Part shown: one piece after another, positions 63,265-64,000 of the stretch
Numbering within the stretch: position 1 is the stretch's first letter
Layout of the letters: each line of letters starts with the position of its first letter
DNA from: Nostoc sp. DedSLP01
Lineage (GTDB): Bacteria > Cyanobacteriota > Cyanobacteriia > Cyanobacteriales > Nostocaceae
Assembly (NCBI GenBank): GCA_034530875.2
Contig: JAVRCJ020000003.1
Location: forward strand, 128,001 to 192,000
Direction: 5' to 3'
Length of the DNA: 64,000 nucleotides
Program-made: the position numbers and the translations under genes
The notes under the pieces: model-generated
Database searches by the model: none
What the model was told of the DNA's origin: nothing
Seen by the model: only the letters and a program-made list of their open reading frames with translations

Positions 63265-63492
63265 ATGCCTCTTCCCAAAATTTCAGAAGCAAGAGAATTA
63301 AGCGACGATAAACTTTCTGAGGAAATTCTCGCTGTCAAAAGACAACTATTTCAGTTGCGCTTGCAAAAAGCTACAAGACAGCTAGACAAGCCCCACCAGT
63401 TCCGACATGCTAAGCACCGCCTAGCCCAATTGCTGACGGTCGAGGGAGAACGCAAACGGGCAGCAAATCAAACGCCGCAAGCACAAGAGTAG
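63265..63492 (+). CDS. rpmC: 50S ribosomal protein L29
   Basis: LFQLRLQKAT..L.KPH, operon position. Confidence 0.98.
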   Translation: MPLPKISEARELSDDKLSEEILAVKRQLFQLRLQKATRQLDKPHQFRHAKHRLAQLLTVEGERKRAANQTPQAQE

Positions 63493-63498
63493 GAGATT

Positions 63499-63747
63499 AT
63501 GGCAGTCAAAGAACGAGTTGGTTTGGTAGTGAGCGACAAAATGCAAAAAACGGTGGTAGTCGCCGTAGAGAACCGCGCTCCTCATCCCAAATACGGCAAG
63601 ATTGTAGTCAACACCCAGCGCTATAAAGTTCACGACGAAGAAAATCAGTGTAAAGTGGGCGATCGCGTCCGCATTCAGGAAACTAGACCCCTGAGTAAAA
63701 CCAAACGCTGGAAAATCACAGAAATCCTGAACGTCAAACCCACTTAA
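63499..63747 (+). CDS. rpsQ: 30S ribosomal protein S17
   Basis: [23 protein letters not shown]. Confidence 0.99.
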   Translation: MAVKERVGLVVSDKMQKTVVVAVENRAPHPKYGKIVVNTQRYKVHDEENQCKVGDRVRIQETRPLSKTKRWKITEILNVKPT

Positions 63748-63794
63748 ACCTCATAGTTGTTAGTTTTCTAACAACATTACAAGGGAGTAAAATC

Positions 63795-64000
63795 GTGATT
63801 CAACCCCAGACTTATTTAAATGTTGCAGATAATAGCGGTGCTAGAAAACTAATGTGCATCCGCGTATTGGGCGGAGGCAACCGCCGTTATGGTTTTATTG
63901 GCGATAAGATTATTGCTGTTGTTAAAGATGCTACACCCAATATGGCTGTCAAGAAGTCTGATGTGGTGGAAGCAGTAATTGTCCGGACTCGCAAAGCCGT
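63795..64000 (+). CDS. rplN: 50S ribosomal protein L14 (partial)
   Basis: GTG start: [27 protein letters not shown]; not in the ORF track. Confidence 0.98.
   Translation, partial: MIQPQTYLNVADNSGARKLMCIRVLGGGNRRYGFIGDKIIAVVKDATPNMAVKKSDVVEAVIVRTRKA

Overview
Chromosomal window of a heterocystous-type cyanobacterium (Nostocales-like): about 50 HIP1 octamers (GCGATCGC, counted by eye), heptamer STRR arrays, ntcA and ndhN. From left to right: (1) the 5' ~5 kb of a minus-strand A-T-C-A-T NRPS that the ORF track omits because it runs off the window, divergent from (2) a Wzx/Wzy exopolysaccharide cluster (initiating transferase, flippase, GT2, polymerase, GT4, AlgD-like GDP-mannose dehydrogenase, GT4, Wzc) and a secreted beta-helix protein; (3) the core block wza/ABC ATPase/hisB/fabI/ntcA/DUF3084/yqgF/DUF3146; (4) mixed genes including an exported EndoU nuclease, a PsrR1-like sRNA and an ankyrin protein; (5) an accessory NLR-like locus: HTH-NACHT ATPase translationally coupled to a WD40 protein with near-identical repeats, facing a small 2-TM gene across a spacer with 11-bp-phased direct repeats, followed by an 11x21-bp tandem array; (6) two cation/H+ antiporters, an AMIN protein bracketed by inverted repeats and ndhN; (7) a ~740-nt hairpin-dense leader and the ribosomal operon rplC-rplD-rplW-rplB-rpsS-rplV-rpsC-rplP-rpmC-rpsQ-rplN (partial). 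No rRNA, tRNA, CRISPR array or transposase was seen. All family calls are by motif recognition, not database search.
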